DNA of 64,000 nucleotides, taken from assembly GCA_958296135.2 (NCBI GenBank), contig CATQHZ020000001.1, positions 1,344,001 to 1,408,000 of the forward strand, in the 5' to 3' direction. Both the position numbers and the translations under genes were made by a program. Origin of the DNA: an uncultured Poribacteria bacterium. GTDB lineage: Bacteria > Poribacteria > WGA-4E > WGA-3G. Under the pieces are notes generated by a model. The model worked only from the letters and a program-made list of their open reading frames with translations, was not told where the DNA came from and searched no databases. Positions 1-8,731 of the stretch are shown one piece after another (position 1 is the first letter of the stretch; the number at the start of each line of letters is the position of its first letter).

Positions 1-711
1 CGCACCCGTTACGCGACGCAAACGACGGTGACAAACGCCGATGGCACGACTACCGTCAAAGGCGGTTGGGCAAGCCACGCGCTCAAACAGAAAGTGAGTG
101 CTTTCGTTGATGGCGGTGGGAATTTCCTCGCTACGCTTGGTATTCCGCTGAAGATGGGGGTTGCGATTATGGCAGTGCTTGTCGCGAGTTTCGCCGCTAC
201 GACGCTAGATACCGCGACGCGACTCCAACGCTATGTCATCCAAGAACTCGCTCAGACTGCCAACATCAAACCCCTGCAGAATCGGTATATTGCGACTGCT
301 TTTGCGTTAGTGCTCGCCGCGGCGGTGGCTTTGTTACAGGGACCGAGTGGTCCCGGCAGCGGCGGCTTGACACTTTGGCCCCTCTTCGGCGCGACAAATC
401 AGCTCTTGGCGGGACTTGCCTTCATGGTAATTGTCTTTTACCTTTTGCGTCGAAACAAGCCGATTTGGTTCGCGCTTTTACCGATGCTCGTCATGCTCGT
501 CATGCCAGCGTGGGCGATGCTCGATCAAATGTTCGATCCGCAAACAGGGTGGCTGTTTACGGGCAAGTATTTGCTGTTCGGATTTGGTGTTGTCGTGGAG
601 ACGTTGCAAGGGTGGATGATAGTTGAGGGTATCATTGCGTGGCGCGATGCGCGCGGGAATTATCCGGAACTGCCACCGTTGGAGACGTTTGCTGCAAGGG
701 GTAAGGCGTAA
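1..711 (+). CDS. cstA: Carbon starvation protein A family transporter, C-terminal part (5' end outside window)
   Basis: Frame is open from base 1. CstA motifs 'SFAATTLDTATRLQRY' and 'LWPLFGATNQLLAGL'; multiple TM segments. Confidence 0.9.
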   Translation, partial: RTRYATQTTVTNADGTTTVKGGWASHALKQKVSAFVDGGGNFLATLGIPLKMGVAIMAVLVASFAATTLDTATRLQRYVIQELAQTANIKPLQNRYIATAFALVLAAAVALLQGPSGPGSGGLTLWPLFGATNQLLAGLAFMVIVFYLLRRNKPIWFALLPMLVMLVMPAWAMLDQMFDPQTGWLFTGKYLLFGFGVVVETLQGWMIVEGIIAWRDARGNYPELPPLETFAARGKA

Positions 712-944
712 TACCAAATGACGTTGCTTCGTCTCACCGCGGACTCAGACGCGGCAAAGTCTCCAAGCTCTTGGGCATCCGTGCGGATGTCTCTATCCGC
801 CCGTTTTCTCATTGCATTCCTAGTCCCGATCTTGGAGATTGTAAGGATCGCGAGGGACAGGCCCTCGCGCTACGGTGCAAGTGGCGTTTTTCGTTTCGAT
901 CGGACGACACGGCTCTATTTGGAAAGAGTCAAGCGGGAGGAGAC

Positions 945-1928
945 ATGTTAACGACATGCCGGTTCTATTTGACGCATGCCGCGTTGCTTTGGCGCGTGAT
1001 GCTGCCGCTCATCATTTTAGGTGTTTCGTTTCATGTCGCGATGCTTTTCATCTTCAACCACCGTGTTCCGGATGCCTCATGGAGTTTTGACACCGTCGTC
1101 GGTATTTCGGTAGAGAGTCCGCCTCGCAACCCTGGTGTCAAGGCATGGGCGACTTCTTCCGAATATGTAACGGACTGGACGCTGTGGGGAGTGGGCACCA
1201 AATTCTCATTCCTCAACCTCTATCTGATTTGGCTAGCGATGTGCCCCCTTGCGTTCGCTATTGTCCAACTTCGTCGCGGCACGAACGTCACTGCCCGCGG
1301 CGTGTGGTATCATACTATTCGCAGGATGAGACCGGTTTTGGGTGCCTACCTCTTCCTAGCGATTTTCGGATGCCTAGCGATTTTCGGAATGGGCGGTTTT
1401 TTTCTCCACATATCCAGCGCAGTTACTTTATCCTTCGGGCTCTCCCTGATGCCCATAATTGCGTTGACGGTTAGCGTTCCGCTCGTCTATTTTATGGTGC
1501 GCTGGAGCCTCTACAACCACACTATTCTCAATGAAAACCTACCCATGATTGCCGCGTTTCGCCGGAGTCATAAACTCACGCGGGGCATCATAGGACTGGG
1601 ATGTTGTATCGTGTACCTGGTCCTTATTTTTGCGAGCCGGTTGGTTGCCACGACGATTTTCGGCTTAGCGTTGCTGGTATTTTCGGGGCTCTTTCCGGAA
1701 TTTGCACCGATTCAAGAGGTGTTGCAGTTACCAAAATTTTTCTTATTTTTTCTGGGCGGCTGGGCACAGATAACCTTCGCACAAGTTCCGGATTGGTGGA
1801 CAATCGGCGCGATAGTGGCGATAAAAGCACTCATCGCCGCTATTTTATCACTGATATGGGCGATTGTGGTAACGCATCTCTATCTGGGCAGAGTTTATCA
1901 AACCCCTCCTTCAGGTGGGGGGATGTAG
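945..1928 (+). CDS. Hypothetical multi-pass membrane protein
   Basis: ATG at 945 after a GGGAGG SD; about 6-7 hydrophobic helices. The ORF-track extension from 771 runs through a REP repeat and is probably not translated. Confidence 0.7.
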   Translation: MLTTCRFYLTHAALLWRVMLPLIILGVSFHVAMLFIFNHRVPDASWSFDTVVGISVESPPRNPGVKAWATSSEYVTDWTLWGVGTKFSFLNLYLIWLAMCPLAFAIVQLRRGTNVTARGVWYHTIRRMRPVLGAYLFLAIFGCLAIFGMGGFFLHISSAVTLSFGLSLMPIIALTVSVPLVYFMVRWSLYNHTILNENLPMIAAFRRSHKLTRGIIGLGCCIVYLVLIFASRLVATTIFGLALLVFSGLFPEFAPIQEVLQLPKFFLFFLGGWAQITFAQVPDWWTIGAIVAIKALIAAILSLIWAIVVTHLYLGRVYQTPPSGGGM

Positions 1929-1959
1929 ATAGGCACATACGCCACATCAAAAAATAAAT

Positions 1960-1988
1960 GTGACAAACGCCATGAAATGTGTTATACT
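1960..1988 (+). promoter_or_regulatory. Sigma70-type promoter
   Basis: GTGACA-17bp-TATACT with TGn extension and an A-rich upstream tract. Confidence 0.65.
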
Positions 1989-1992
1989 ATGT

Positions 1993-2250
1993 GTTGCCTG
2001 TTGGATAGGATTCTCAACCCGTGTGTCTTACACGGGCCCTATCCGCATCATACAGCTGCTGAAGTTGCGGCGGTTTTCAAGCATTTCCAGCGTAGCGAGC
2101 CGTATCGCTCGGGCGCAACCCAAAGGCACCGATGAAGGCGATTAGCACCATAGGCTTTCGTTGTGTGATGGGCTTGGTTCTGTAAGTGGAGATGCGCCTG
2201 CACCTGACCTGTCGGGATGGGGCGAGCCCGAACGACAGATTGGGAGAACT
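1993..2250 (+). ncRNA. Candidate structured non-coding RNA (family not recognised)
   Basis: Lies directly behind the promoter. Nested stems GGATAGG/CCTATCC, CCCGTGT/ACACGGG, CGAGC/GCTCG, GTTGC/GCAAC, CTGTCG/CGACAG, CCCAA/TTGGG. No credible ORF; terminator downstream. Confidence 0.45.
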
Positions 2251-2257
2251 CCTTCCT

Positions 2258-2320
2258 GTAGCGCGAGGGCCTGTCCTTCGCCAAACGCCGGCGAGCGCGG
2301 GAGACAGGCCCCTGCGCTAC
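2258..2320. repeat. Inverted pair of GTAG-type REP-like palindromes (family A, consensus GTAGCGCGAGGGCCTGTCCCTCGC)
   Basis: Same ~24-bp unit recurs at about 850, 8666/8697, 10396/10491, 18051, 27848, 30200/30297, 30766, 41684, 43342, 43799, 45840, 46126, 48482/48508, 56211, 56481, 57458. Confidence 0.85.
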
Positions 2321-2376
2321 GGGCCAAGAGGAGGTTCTTATTTTGTAAATCCTAAATCTTCATGCAATCTCAACCG

Positions 2377-2413
2377 AAAAAAACAGGAGAACTGAACGGT
2401 TCTGCTGTTTTTT
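2377..2413 (+). terminator. Intrinsic (possibly bidirectional) terminator
   Basis: AAAAAAACAG-GAGAAC-loop-GTTCT-GCTGTTTTTT hairpin with a U-tract. Confidence 0.6.
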
Positions 2414-2421
2414 AATTTAAC

Positions 2422-2450
2422 TTGACATCAAAATTTCAATATGGTATCCT
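2422..2450 (+). promoter_or_regulatory. Sigma70-type promoter for the S55 peptidase operon
   Basis: TTGACA-17bp-TATCCT with TG extension. Confidence 0.65.
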
Positions 2451-2535
2451 ATTTTATGATACGCTTTTTTGTGGGAAAAGACGACGCGAAATCGCTGTCC
2501 AACCGAAATACGATAACAGAAAAGGAGTAAACATT

Positions 2536-4413
2536 GTGAAAAAGGCAACCTGGCTCTGCGCCATCGTGCTAGTCTGCTTCACGGCACTTCACGGCTACGC
2601 AGAGATTAAATGGGACGCGGAGAAGTTTATGCCGCTCACCGAAGTCGAAATTGGCATGGAAGGCAAAGCCTATACCGTATTCTCCGGAATAACCGTCGAG
2701 GAATTTGACTTCAAAGTTGTGAGCGTCGAATACAACTATTTTCCCGGGTGGCATGTCGTCTGGTGCAAAGGCCTGAGCGACAACTTTAAAGAGACAGGGG
2801 TTGCAGGCGGCATGAGCGGTAGCCCTTGTTATATTGATGGACGGCTCATGGGTGCCCTCTCGCTTGGGTTTTTTAACCAGCGTGAACATGCCAATCTTTT
2901 TGGCGTAACGCCGTTTGAATTGATGGTGAAAGTCGCTGAACGCGGCATGCAGCCTAATCTGAGTTACGAAGGCAGGCAGCTCTTTAATCTCAGTTCGGCA
3001 AATGTGGAGGAGGGATTGAATATGGGGCCGTCCCTCTTCGGCGATGGCAAGATGTCCCAGACGCAGCGGCCGTTTGATCTGCGGCTGCTGGAGCGCATTT
3101 CCAACGCGCCTTCTTCCGTAAATTCCGCGCGATTGGGGATTCCGGTCGCGATGCCGCCACTGAATTCGGACATGATGCGGTTTATCAAACCGCTGTTTGA
3201 TAAGTTCAATTTTGAGCCGGTCCAAGCGGTAGGCGGTGGTAGTCCTGTTAAAGAATCGCCTATTGAAGAAGGCCAGATAGTCGGCATGGAGCTCGTCCGC
3301 GGCGAGTTTCCCATTTTTGGATACGGCACCATCACCTATGTAGATGGCGACGAATTACTCGCTTATGGGCATTCCTCTTCCGGTGAGGGCCATGTCAACT
3401 TGCCGATGTCTGGTGGGTATGTGCATTTTATTTTACCGAGCCGCACCCGTTCTAGCAAATGGGCATCCCCAACGCAGTTGATTGGCACCCGTGTGCAAGA
3501 CCGGGATCCGGCCATCGCGGGCGTAATCGGGAAGCATCCGCCTTACATTCCGGTAAATATGAACGTTGAAACAAGCGATGGACAACAGCACGCTAAATAC
3601 TATGAAGTCGTCCGGCACCGCAGTTTCTCTCCCGCTTATACGGGATTGACTGCCTGGTTTATCATGGACTCGCTTGATTTCTATGTGGGAGACTACACGC
3701 TTAATCTCGGCGCGACGATTACCTTGAAGGAACAGCCGGGGCTCACCTCGCGGGAGCTCGTTTTCAAGAACACTTTTTCTTCTCGCGGTTCGCCGGGGTC
3801 CGGTGTCATGCAGACGCTGATGCTGCCGATGTTCCAGTTGATTAGCAATTCATACGCGAAGGTGGCGGTGGAGAACGTCACCCTCGATCTGAAGGTAGAG
3901 GACAAACGGCGGACAGCGGTGATTGAGAGCCTCAGCGTTGATAAACTCCGCTACCGTCCGGGGGAAACGGTCGAGGTGGACATGATGCTGCGTCCTTACC
4001 TTGAAGCACCGGTCGCGCAGACCGGGAAGATAACGATTCCGAAGGATATGCCGGATGGGCAAGTCACGCTGCTTGCCACGAATGCTAGTTTCCATGAGTT
4101 CTGGCAGCGTTCCCGCGCGCCGCTGAATTTCCGCCCGAAAAACATCAACCATCTTGTCGAACTCCTGCAGCGTGGGGAGAGCAACTCTGATGTTATCCTT
4201 GAGCTCTTTGTGCCGCAGCCGGGGCTCACCGTCCAAGGTCAGGAATTTTCCGACCTGCCGACTTCCGTGATGTCTGTTATGAACACGGCGCAGCAGGTGG
4301 GCGAAAGCGGCTACACGATGGGCACGACGCTAGAAATTGACAAAGTCGCGACGGACTACGTTATCTTCGGGAGCGGCATTATCCGCTTTGTGGTAGATAG
4401 AAACGCGCGATAG
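2536..4413 (+). CDS. Secreted SpoIVB-like peptidase S55 domain protein
   Basis: GTG start after AAAGGAG; signal peptide; catalytic-serine motif 'GVAGGMSGSP'; long C-terminal extension. Confidence 0.8.
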   Translation: MKKATWLCAIVLVCFTALHGYAEIKWDAEKFMPLTEVEIGMEGKAYTVFSGITVEEFDFKVVSVEYNYFPGWHVVWCKGLSDNFKETGVAGGMSGSPCYIDGRLMGALSLGFFNQREHANLFGVTPFELMVKVAERGMQPNLSYEGRQLFNLSSANVEEGLNMGPSLFGDGKMSQTQRPFDLRLLERISNAPSSVNSARLGIPVAMPPLNSDMMRFIKPLFDKFNFEPVQAVGGGSPVKESPIEEGQIVGMELVRGEFPIFGYGTITYVDGDELLAYGHSSSGEGHVNLPMSGGYVHFILPSRTRSSKWASPTQLIGTRVQDRDPAIAGVIGKHPPYIPVNMNVETSDGQQHAKYYEVVRHRSFSPAYTGLTAWFIMDSLDFYVGDYTLNLGATITLKEQPGLTSRELVFKNTFSSRGSPGSGVMQTLMLPMFQLISNSYAKVAVENVTLDLKVEDKRRTAVIESLSVDKLRYRPGETVEVDMMLRPYLEAPVAQTGKITIPKDMPDGQVTLLATNASFHEFWQRSRAPLNFRPKNINHLVELLQRGESNSDVILELFVPQPGLTVQGQEFSDLPTSVMSVMNTAQQVGESGYTMGTTLEIDKVATDYVIFGSGIIRFVVDRNAR

Positions 4414-4423
4414 ATTCAAAATC

Positions 4424-4447
4424 GTTCGGGCTCGCCTGAACCCGAAC
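4424..4447. repeat. Palindromic repeat family H (GTTCGGGCTCGCCTGAACCCGAAC)
   Basis: Related copies at 40761-40784 (inside a CDS), about 18782 and about 2220. Confidence 0.6.
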
Positions 4448-4506
4448 TCCAACATCTATGATGCAAGTCTTGACAACGTCAAGACGTTCTGGTAAAGGAG
4501 ATCACT

Positions 4507-6672
4507 TTGAAAAACCTAACTTACCGCACGCTTTGCGCGGTGACAATAGGGCTCATCTTAATTGTCCTAATCCACGCCGGCCCCGCCGCTGCTGTGAAAA
4601 CATCGCTGTGGGAACAGCAACAGCGGGCGGATTTTGATGCTGGCACACCGAAAAACCTCTCGCTCACCAGCCAGGGGGAAGTCATGTTAGCCCCCAAGAT
4701 AGAGGGGTTCACCAAATTGAAGGAGACCCAGGTTTGGGCACTCGTTGAAGATTCGGCGGGGAACCTCTATGCGGCGACCGGGAACGAGGGTAAAATCTAT
4801 AAAATTAGCGCGGGGGGCGATACCGCCGAGCTCTTTTACGATTCACCCGAGGTTACCATCTATAGCCTCGCTGTCGCCGCAGACGATACGCTCTACGCCG
4901 GTACCGGGCCCGATGGGCTTATTTACAAGCTCACCGATGCAACCACTCCGCCACAGACGATTTTGAGCAAGGGTGATAAATATGTGTGGGCCCTGCGTTT
5001 TGACGATGCTGGGAATCTCTACGCTGCCACTGGCACCGATGGCAAGATTTACAAAATCACGCCGGAAGGTGAGTCCAGCGTGCTGTTTGATGCCGAGGAA
5101 AAAAATATCATGGCGTTGCTGCGGGTAGAAGATGGATTCTATGCTGGCAGTAGCGACAACGGCATCATCTATCGCGTCATGGCGGATGGCAAGGCAACCG
5201 TTATCTACCAAGCGAAAGAGAAAGAGGTGCGCGATTTGGCGATGGATAGTCAAGGCAACCTCTATGCGGCTGTGGTGACTTCCGCGCCCGCGGAACCGAG
5301 CCGGGGACGGCGTTCAAACGGCCCGCCTACGCCGGCTGGCCCGCCGCCCCCCGGTGGAGGCCCGCCTGAAGAGAACGCCTCTAACATCTACAAGATTCGT
5401 CCTGATGGCACCGCGATGCCGGTGTGGCATTCGCCTGAGCCGCTTATTCTCGCTATCGTGTTGGAGAGCGACACGCAAATCCTAGTCGGCACAGGTGACG
5501 AGGGTAAACTCTACCGTGTCAACCCGATGAGCGGCGATTCGGTGGAGCTCGGCAAGGCATCGGCGAACCAGGTGCTGGCAATTCATCAAGTAGGTGGGAC
5601 TTCTGGTTCCGATTCTGCTCGCACGCTTCTCGCTACCGGCAATCCGGGCAAGCTCTTCACGTTGACAGCGACTTACGTTGAGGAAGGCACGCTGGAATCC
5701 AAAGTTCATGACACGCAAAGTCTGTCGCGCTGGGGGAAACTTTCGTGGGAAGGCGCGATGATGGAAGGCACCGCGGTTGCGTTTTCTACCCGTTCTGGGA
5801 AAACTCGCAAGCCTGATGATACGTGGAGCCCCTGGTCTGACGAACTGATGGCAGCGGCGGGTTCGCAGATTCCGAGCCCGGCTGGGCAGTATATCCAGTG
5901 GCGCGCGAAGTTCACAACTAGCGACACGATGAAGACCCCGGTTCTCAAAAAGGTGACGCTTGCCTCCGTGCAGACGAACATTGAGCCGAAGTTTACTAGT
6001 ATTGAGATAAACGATGGCAGCGGCTCCGGCAGCGACAAAGGGCGGCGCAGCCCCGGCGGTGGATTGCCGCCTCCCGGCATGCGTTCCGGCGGCGATGGCG
6101 GCTCGTCAAACAGCTCCGCTGATACTCCCTCGAAAAAATGGAAGATTAACTGGAAGGTCGAAGATGCCAATGAGGACACGTTGCAGTATACTCTCTACTA
6201 CAAAGCGGTGGAGGAGACGAACTGGAAGCGCGTCAAGAAGGAATTGTCAAAAGCGAATTACGAGTGGGACATCACCTCTGTCGCGGATGGGAGGTATACC
6301 CTGAAAGTAGTCGCGACGGACAAGCTGAGCAACCCGGTCGGCTGGGCGAAATCGGCGGAGAAGATTAGCCAACCGTTTGATATCGATAACACGCAGCCCG
6401 CTGTCGGCGCGATTCAGGTTACGGCGAACGGCGACGGCTCCTACAAAATTGCTTGTGACGTGATGGATGCGATGAGCTCTATCAAGAAAGCTGTCTACAA
6501 AATCGATGACGACGAGCAGTGGAAGGTTATCTTCCCTGACGACGGTATCTTCGATTCCAAGCAGGAGCAGCTCCTCTTGGAGACAGGTGAGCTTGAGTCC
6601 GGCGCGCACACCATCACGATTCAGGTGACAGATCGGGCGCAGAACATGTCTGTCGGCCGCGCGAGTTTCTAG
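4507..6672 (+). CDS. Secreted beta-propeller repeat protein with C-terminal Ig/FN3-like domains
   Basis: TTG start after AAAGGAG; signal peptide; repeated 'D..GNLYAATG..GKIYKI' blades; Pro/Gly-rich linkers. Confidence 0.8.
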   Translation: MKNLTYRTLCAVTIGLILIVLIHAGPAAAVKTSLWEQQQRADFDAGTPKNLSLTSQGEVMLAPKIEGFTKLKETQVWALVEDSAGNLYAATGNEGKIYKISAGGDTAELFYDSPEVTIYSLAVAADDTLYAGTGPDGLIYKLTDATTPPQTILSKGDKYVWALRFDDAGNLYAATGTDGKIYKITPEGESSVLFDAEEKNIMALLRVEDGFYAGSSDNGIIYRVMADGKATVIYQAKEKEVRDLAMDSQGNLYAAVVTSAPAEPSRGRRSNGPPTPAGPPPPGGGPPEENASNIYKIRPDGTAMPVWHSPEPLILAIVLESDTQILVGTGDEGKLYRVNPMSGDSVELGKASANQVLAIHQVGGTSGSDSARTLLATGNPGKLFTLTATYVEEGTLESKVHDTQSLSRWGKLSWEGAMMEGTAVAFSTRSGKTRKPDDTWSPWSDELMAAAGSQIPSPAGQYIQWRAKFTTSDTMKTPVLKKVTLASVQTNIEPKFTSIEINDGSGSGSDKGRRSPGGGLPPPGMRSGGDGGSSNSSADTPSKKWKINWKVEDANEDTLQYTLYYKAVEETNWKRVKKELSKANYEWDITSVADGRYTLKVVATDKLSNPVGWAKSAEKISQPFDIDNTQPAVGAIQVTANGDGSYKIACDVMDAMSSIKKAVYKIDDDEQWKVIFPDDGIFDSKQEQLLLETGELESGAHTITIQVTDRAQNMSVGRASF

Positions 6673-6715
6673 CAATCACCGATAGGAGCTATCTCCTGAT
6701 TGCGACACTTCCTGT

Positions 6716-6740
6716 TAGGCGCGCTTTGGAAGCGCGCCTA
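6716..6740. repeat. REP-like palindrome family C (GTAGGCGCGCTTTGGAAGCGCGCCTAC)
   Basis: Related copies at about 13659, 17289, 18928, 22719, 25378, 29360, 40174, 63893. Confidence 0.75.
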
Positions 6741-6805
6741 TATCCAAGGGAACGAAAAGCACCTATTCCGATAAAGTGCGGTTAGATGCTTAATGTCTAC
6801 AGAAC

Positions 6806-6892
6806 GCGAGCATTGACAGCGTCAAGGCGACCTGGGAAGTCAACCGCCTCTGCACAATTGATGTTCAGCGAACGCATTGCGAACGACGAAAA
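6806..6892 (+). repeat. Copy of the ~85-bp gene-junction element
   Basis: TTGACAGCGTCAA hairpin followed by CGAACGCATTGCGAACGACGAAAA, directly abutting ATG 6893. Homologous copies are listed in findings. Confidence 0.75.
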
Positions 6893-7108
6893 ATGACGAA
6901 AGAACAAATTGTCTCCCAGAACTCACACGTGATGAACGGCACCTTAGTTTTTGCCGGGACCCGTGTTCCTGTTGAAGTTCTGATTCAGCATCTTGTCGCT
7001 GGCGATTCGCTTGATACGTTCCTCTGCAATTTCCCCACGGTCTCGCGCGAGCAAGCCGTCGCCTATTTGCGGCTGACACTGGAGTTCGTGAATGCGCGTG
7101 TTGCTTGA
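6893..7108 (+). CDS. DUF433 family antitoxin-like protein
   Basis: 'VMNGTLVFAGTRVPVEVL...FPTVSREQ' signature. Confidence 0.85.
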   Translation: MTKEQIVSQNSHVMNGTLVFAGTRVPVEVLIQHLVAGDSLDTFLCNFPTVSREQAVAYLRLTLEFVNARVA

Positions 7109-7243
7109 TGAGAATCTCCCGCATCCCCTGAGGCATCTTTTTGCTGAAGGATTTGAAGTTGTCACGGTTGGATACAGGGGTGGAAAGGCAAGGCGAGTTG
7201 ATAACCCTCCACAAGGGGCAAGTTGTGCGCGTGCGCAACTTGA
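7092..7243 (+). pseudogene. Disrupted DUF5615 (PIN-like) toxin remnant
   Basis: Starts 'MRVLLDENLP'. The expected 'GWKG..GEL' motif is split across frames at about 7175-7205, and the gene is cut short by the convergent bioA end. Confidence 0.7.
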
Positions 7244-8563
7244 CTACCCCGTTGCTTCCGCAATAGCCCCGTAAGCGATGTCCAAAAGGGTGTCCAACTC
7301 GGACAGCGAGATTTGCAACGGTGGCATTAAAACGATGGTATTGACGAGCGGCCGAAGCATTGCACCGCGGGCGAGAGCCGCCTTGCAAACCCGGATCCCC
7401 ACCTTCTCCTCTAACGGATAAGGTTCGTGGGTATCTGGGTTTTTTATTAATTCCACGCCGGCTGCCAAGCCGCAGCCCCGCACCTCTCCAACGTGCGGCA
7501 GTTGATAGAATTCGTGAAGCCGATTTTGAAAATGCCCGATGGTTGTTTGGAGGCGAGTGAGAAGCTCTTCGCGTTCAAAGATAGCGATGTTTTCCAGCGC
7601 GACGGCGCATGCCAACGGATTTCCGGTGAAGGTATGTCCATGAAAAAAGGTTTTGAGTTCCCGGTATTCGCCGAGGAAGGCGTTATAGATTTCGTCGGTG
7701 GTTAATGTTGCCGCGAGGGGGAGGTAGCCGGCTGCTAATCCTTTCGCTGTGCAGAGCAGGTCTGGACTAACGTCTTCGTGTTCGCATGCCCACATTTTTC
7801 CGGTGCGTCCGAACCCTGTCATTACTTCATCGACGATGAGCAGCGTCTCATATTGCCGTGCTAGTGCGGCAATGCCTTTCAGCAATCCTTTCGGTGCGAC
7901 AAGCATTCCGCCTGCGCCTTGGATGAGCGGCTCCACGATAATCCCTGCAATTTCTGTTGAGTGTTGCGCGAGGGTGTGTTCCATCGCGGTGAGACAACGC
8001 GGTAAGCGCGCACTCTCCGGTGCAGGCACACGGATGCTCTTGAAAAGCAGCGAGTTGAAAGTCCTATGAAAACTCTCAATACCGCCGACGCTCATCGCGC
8101 CTATCGTATCGCCGTGGTATGCCTTATCTAGGTGGACAAACTTTTTACGTTGGGGGTATCCTTTGTGCTGCCAGTACTGATACGCCATCTTCAGCGCGAC
8201 CTCGACGGCGGTGGAGCCGTTGTCGGAGTAGAAGACTTTGGTGAGTCCTGGCGGTGTGAGTTCCACCAACTTTTTGGCGAGGCAGATCGCGGGAATGTTG
8301 CTATATCCGAGCAGTGTGGTGTGCGCGATGTTATCCACTTGTGCTTTGAGCGCGGCGTTGAGCGCAGGGTGATTGTGTCCATGGACGTTTGTCCACATTG
8401 AGGCAGTGCCGTCTAGATACCGATTGCTGTCAATGTCAATCAAGTAGCACCCTTCCCCGCGCGCAATGATAACGGGTGTTTCCTCGTGCCAATCGCTCAT
8501 CTGCGTGAAAGGGTGCCAGAGGTAGCGTTTATCCCAGGCGATAAGGGTTTCTTTATCGGGCAT
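7244..8563 (-). CDS. bioA: Adenosylmethionine-8-amino-7-oxononanoate aminotransferase
   Basis: 'LWHPFTQM', 'DNGSTAVEVALKMA', 'DEVMTGFGRTG', PLP lysine 'AKGLAAGYLP', 'FFHGHTFTGNPLAC'. Confidence 0.92.
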   Translation of the reverse strand: MPDKETLIAWDKRYLWHPFTQMSDWHEETPVIIARGEGCYLIDIDSNRYLDGTASMWTNVHGHNHPALNAALKAQVDNIAHTTLLGYSNIPAICLAKKLVELTPPGLTKVFYSDNGSTAVEVALKMAYQYWQHKGYPQRKKFVHLDKAYHGDTIGAMSVGGIESFHRTFNSLLFKSIRVPAPESARLPRCLTAMEHTLAQHSTEIAGIIVEPLIQGAGGMLVAPKGLLKGIAALARQYETLLIVDEVMTGFGRTGKMWACEHEDVSPDLLCTAKGLAAGYLPLAATLTTDEIYNAFLGEYRELKTFFHGHTFTGNPLACAVALENIAIFEREELLTRLQTTIGHFQNRLHEFYQLPHVGEVRGCGLAAGVELIKNPDTHEPYPLEEKVGIRVCKAALARGAMLRPLVNTIVLMPPLQISLSELDTLLDIAYGAIAEATG

Positions 8564-8731
8564 ATCCCTATTAATTTGAATCGTCTTGTTTCTGTAGGTT
8601 AAGTTCGCCAGATCTTGAGCGTCACGCCGACAGGAGAGTCATCTCTGCCGGTTTTCCTACCGATTGAGGGACAGGCCCTCAACCTACGGGTTTCCACGTA
8701 GGGTAAGGGCCTGTCCTTCGTGCTCGCTCAG

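Noticed and set aside
1993-2250. Assignment to tmRNA, RNase P, SRP, or SAM/c-di-AMP/cobalamin riboswitch
   Set aside because: The conserved motifs were not found in the right order on either strand, so it was left unassigned.
4467-4485. CTTGAC-N3-GTCAAG as a transcription-factor operator or -35 box
   Set aside because: It is embedded in a longer homologous repeat next to functionally unrelated genes, and one copy preserves pairing but not sequence.
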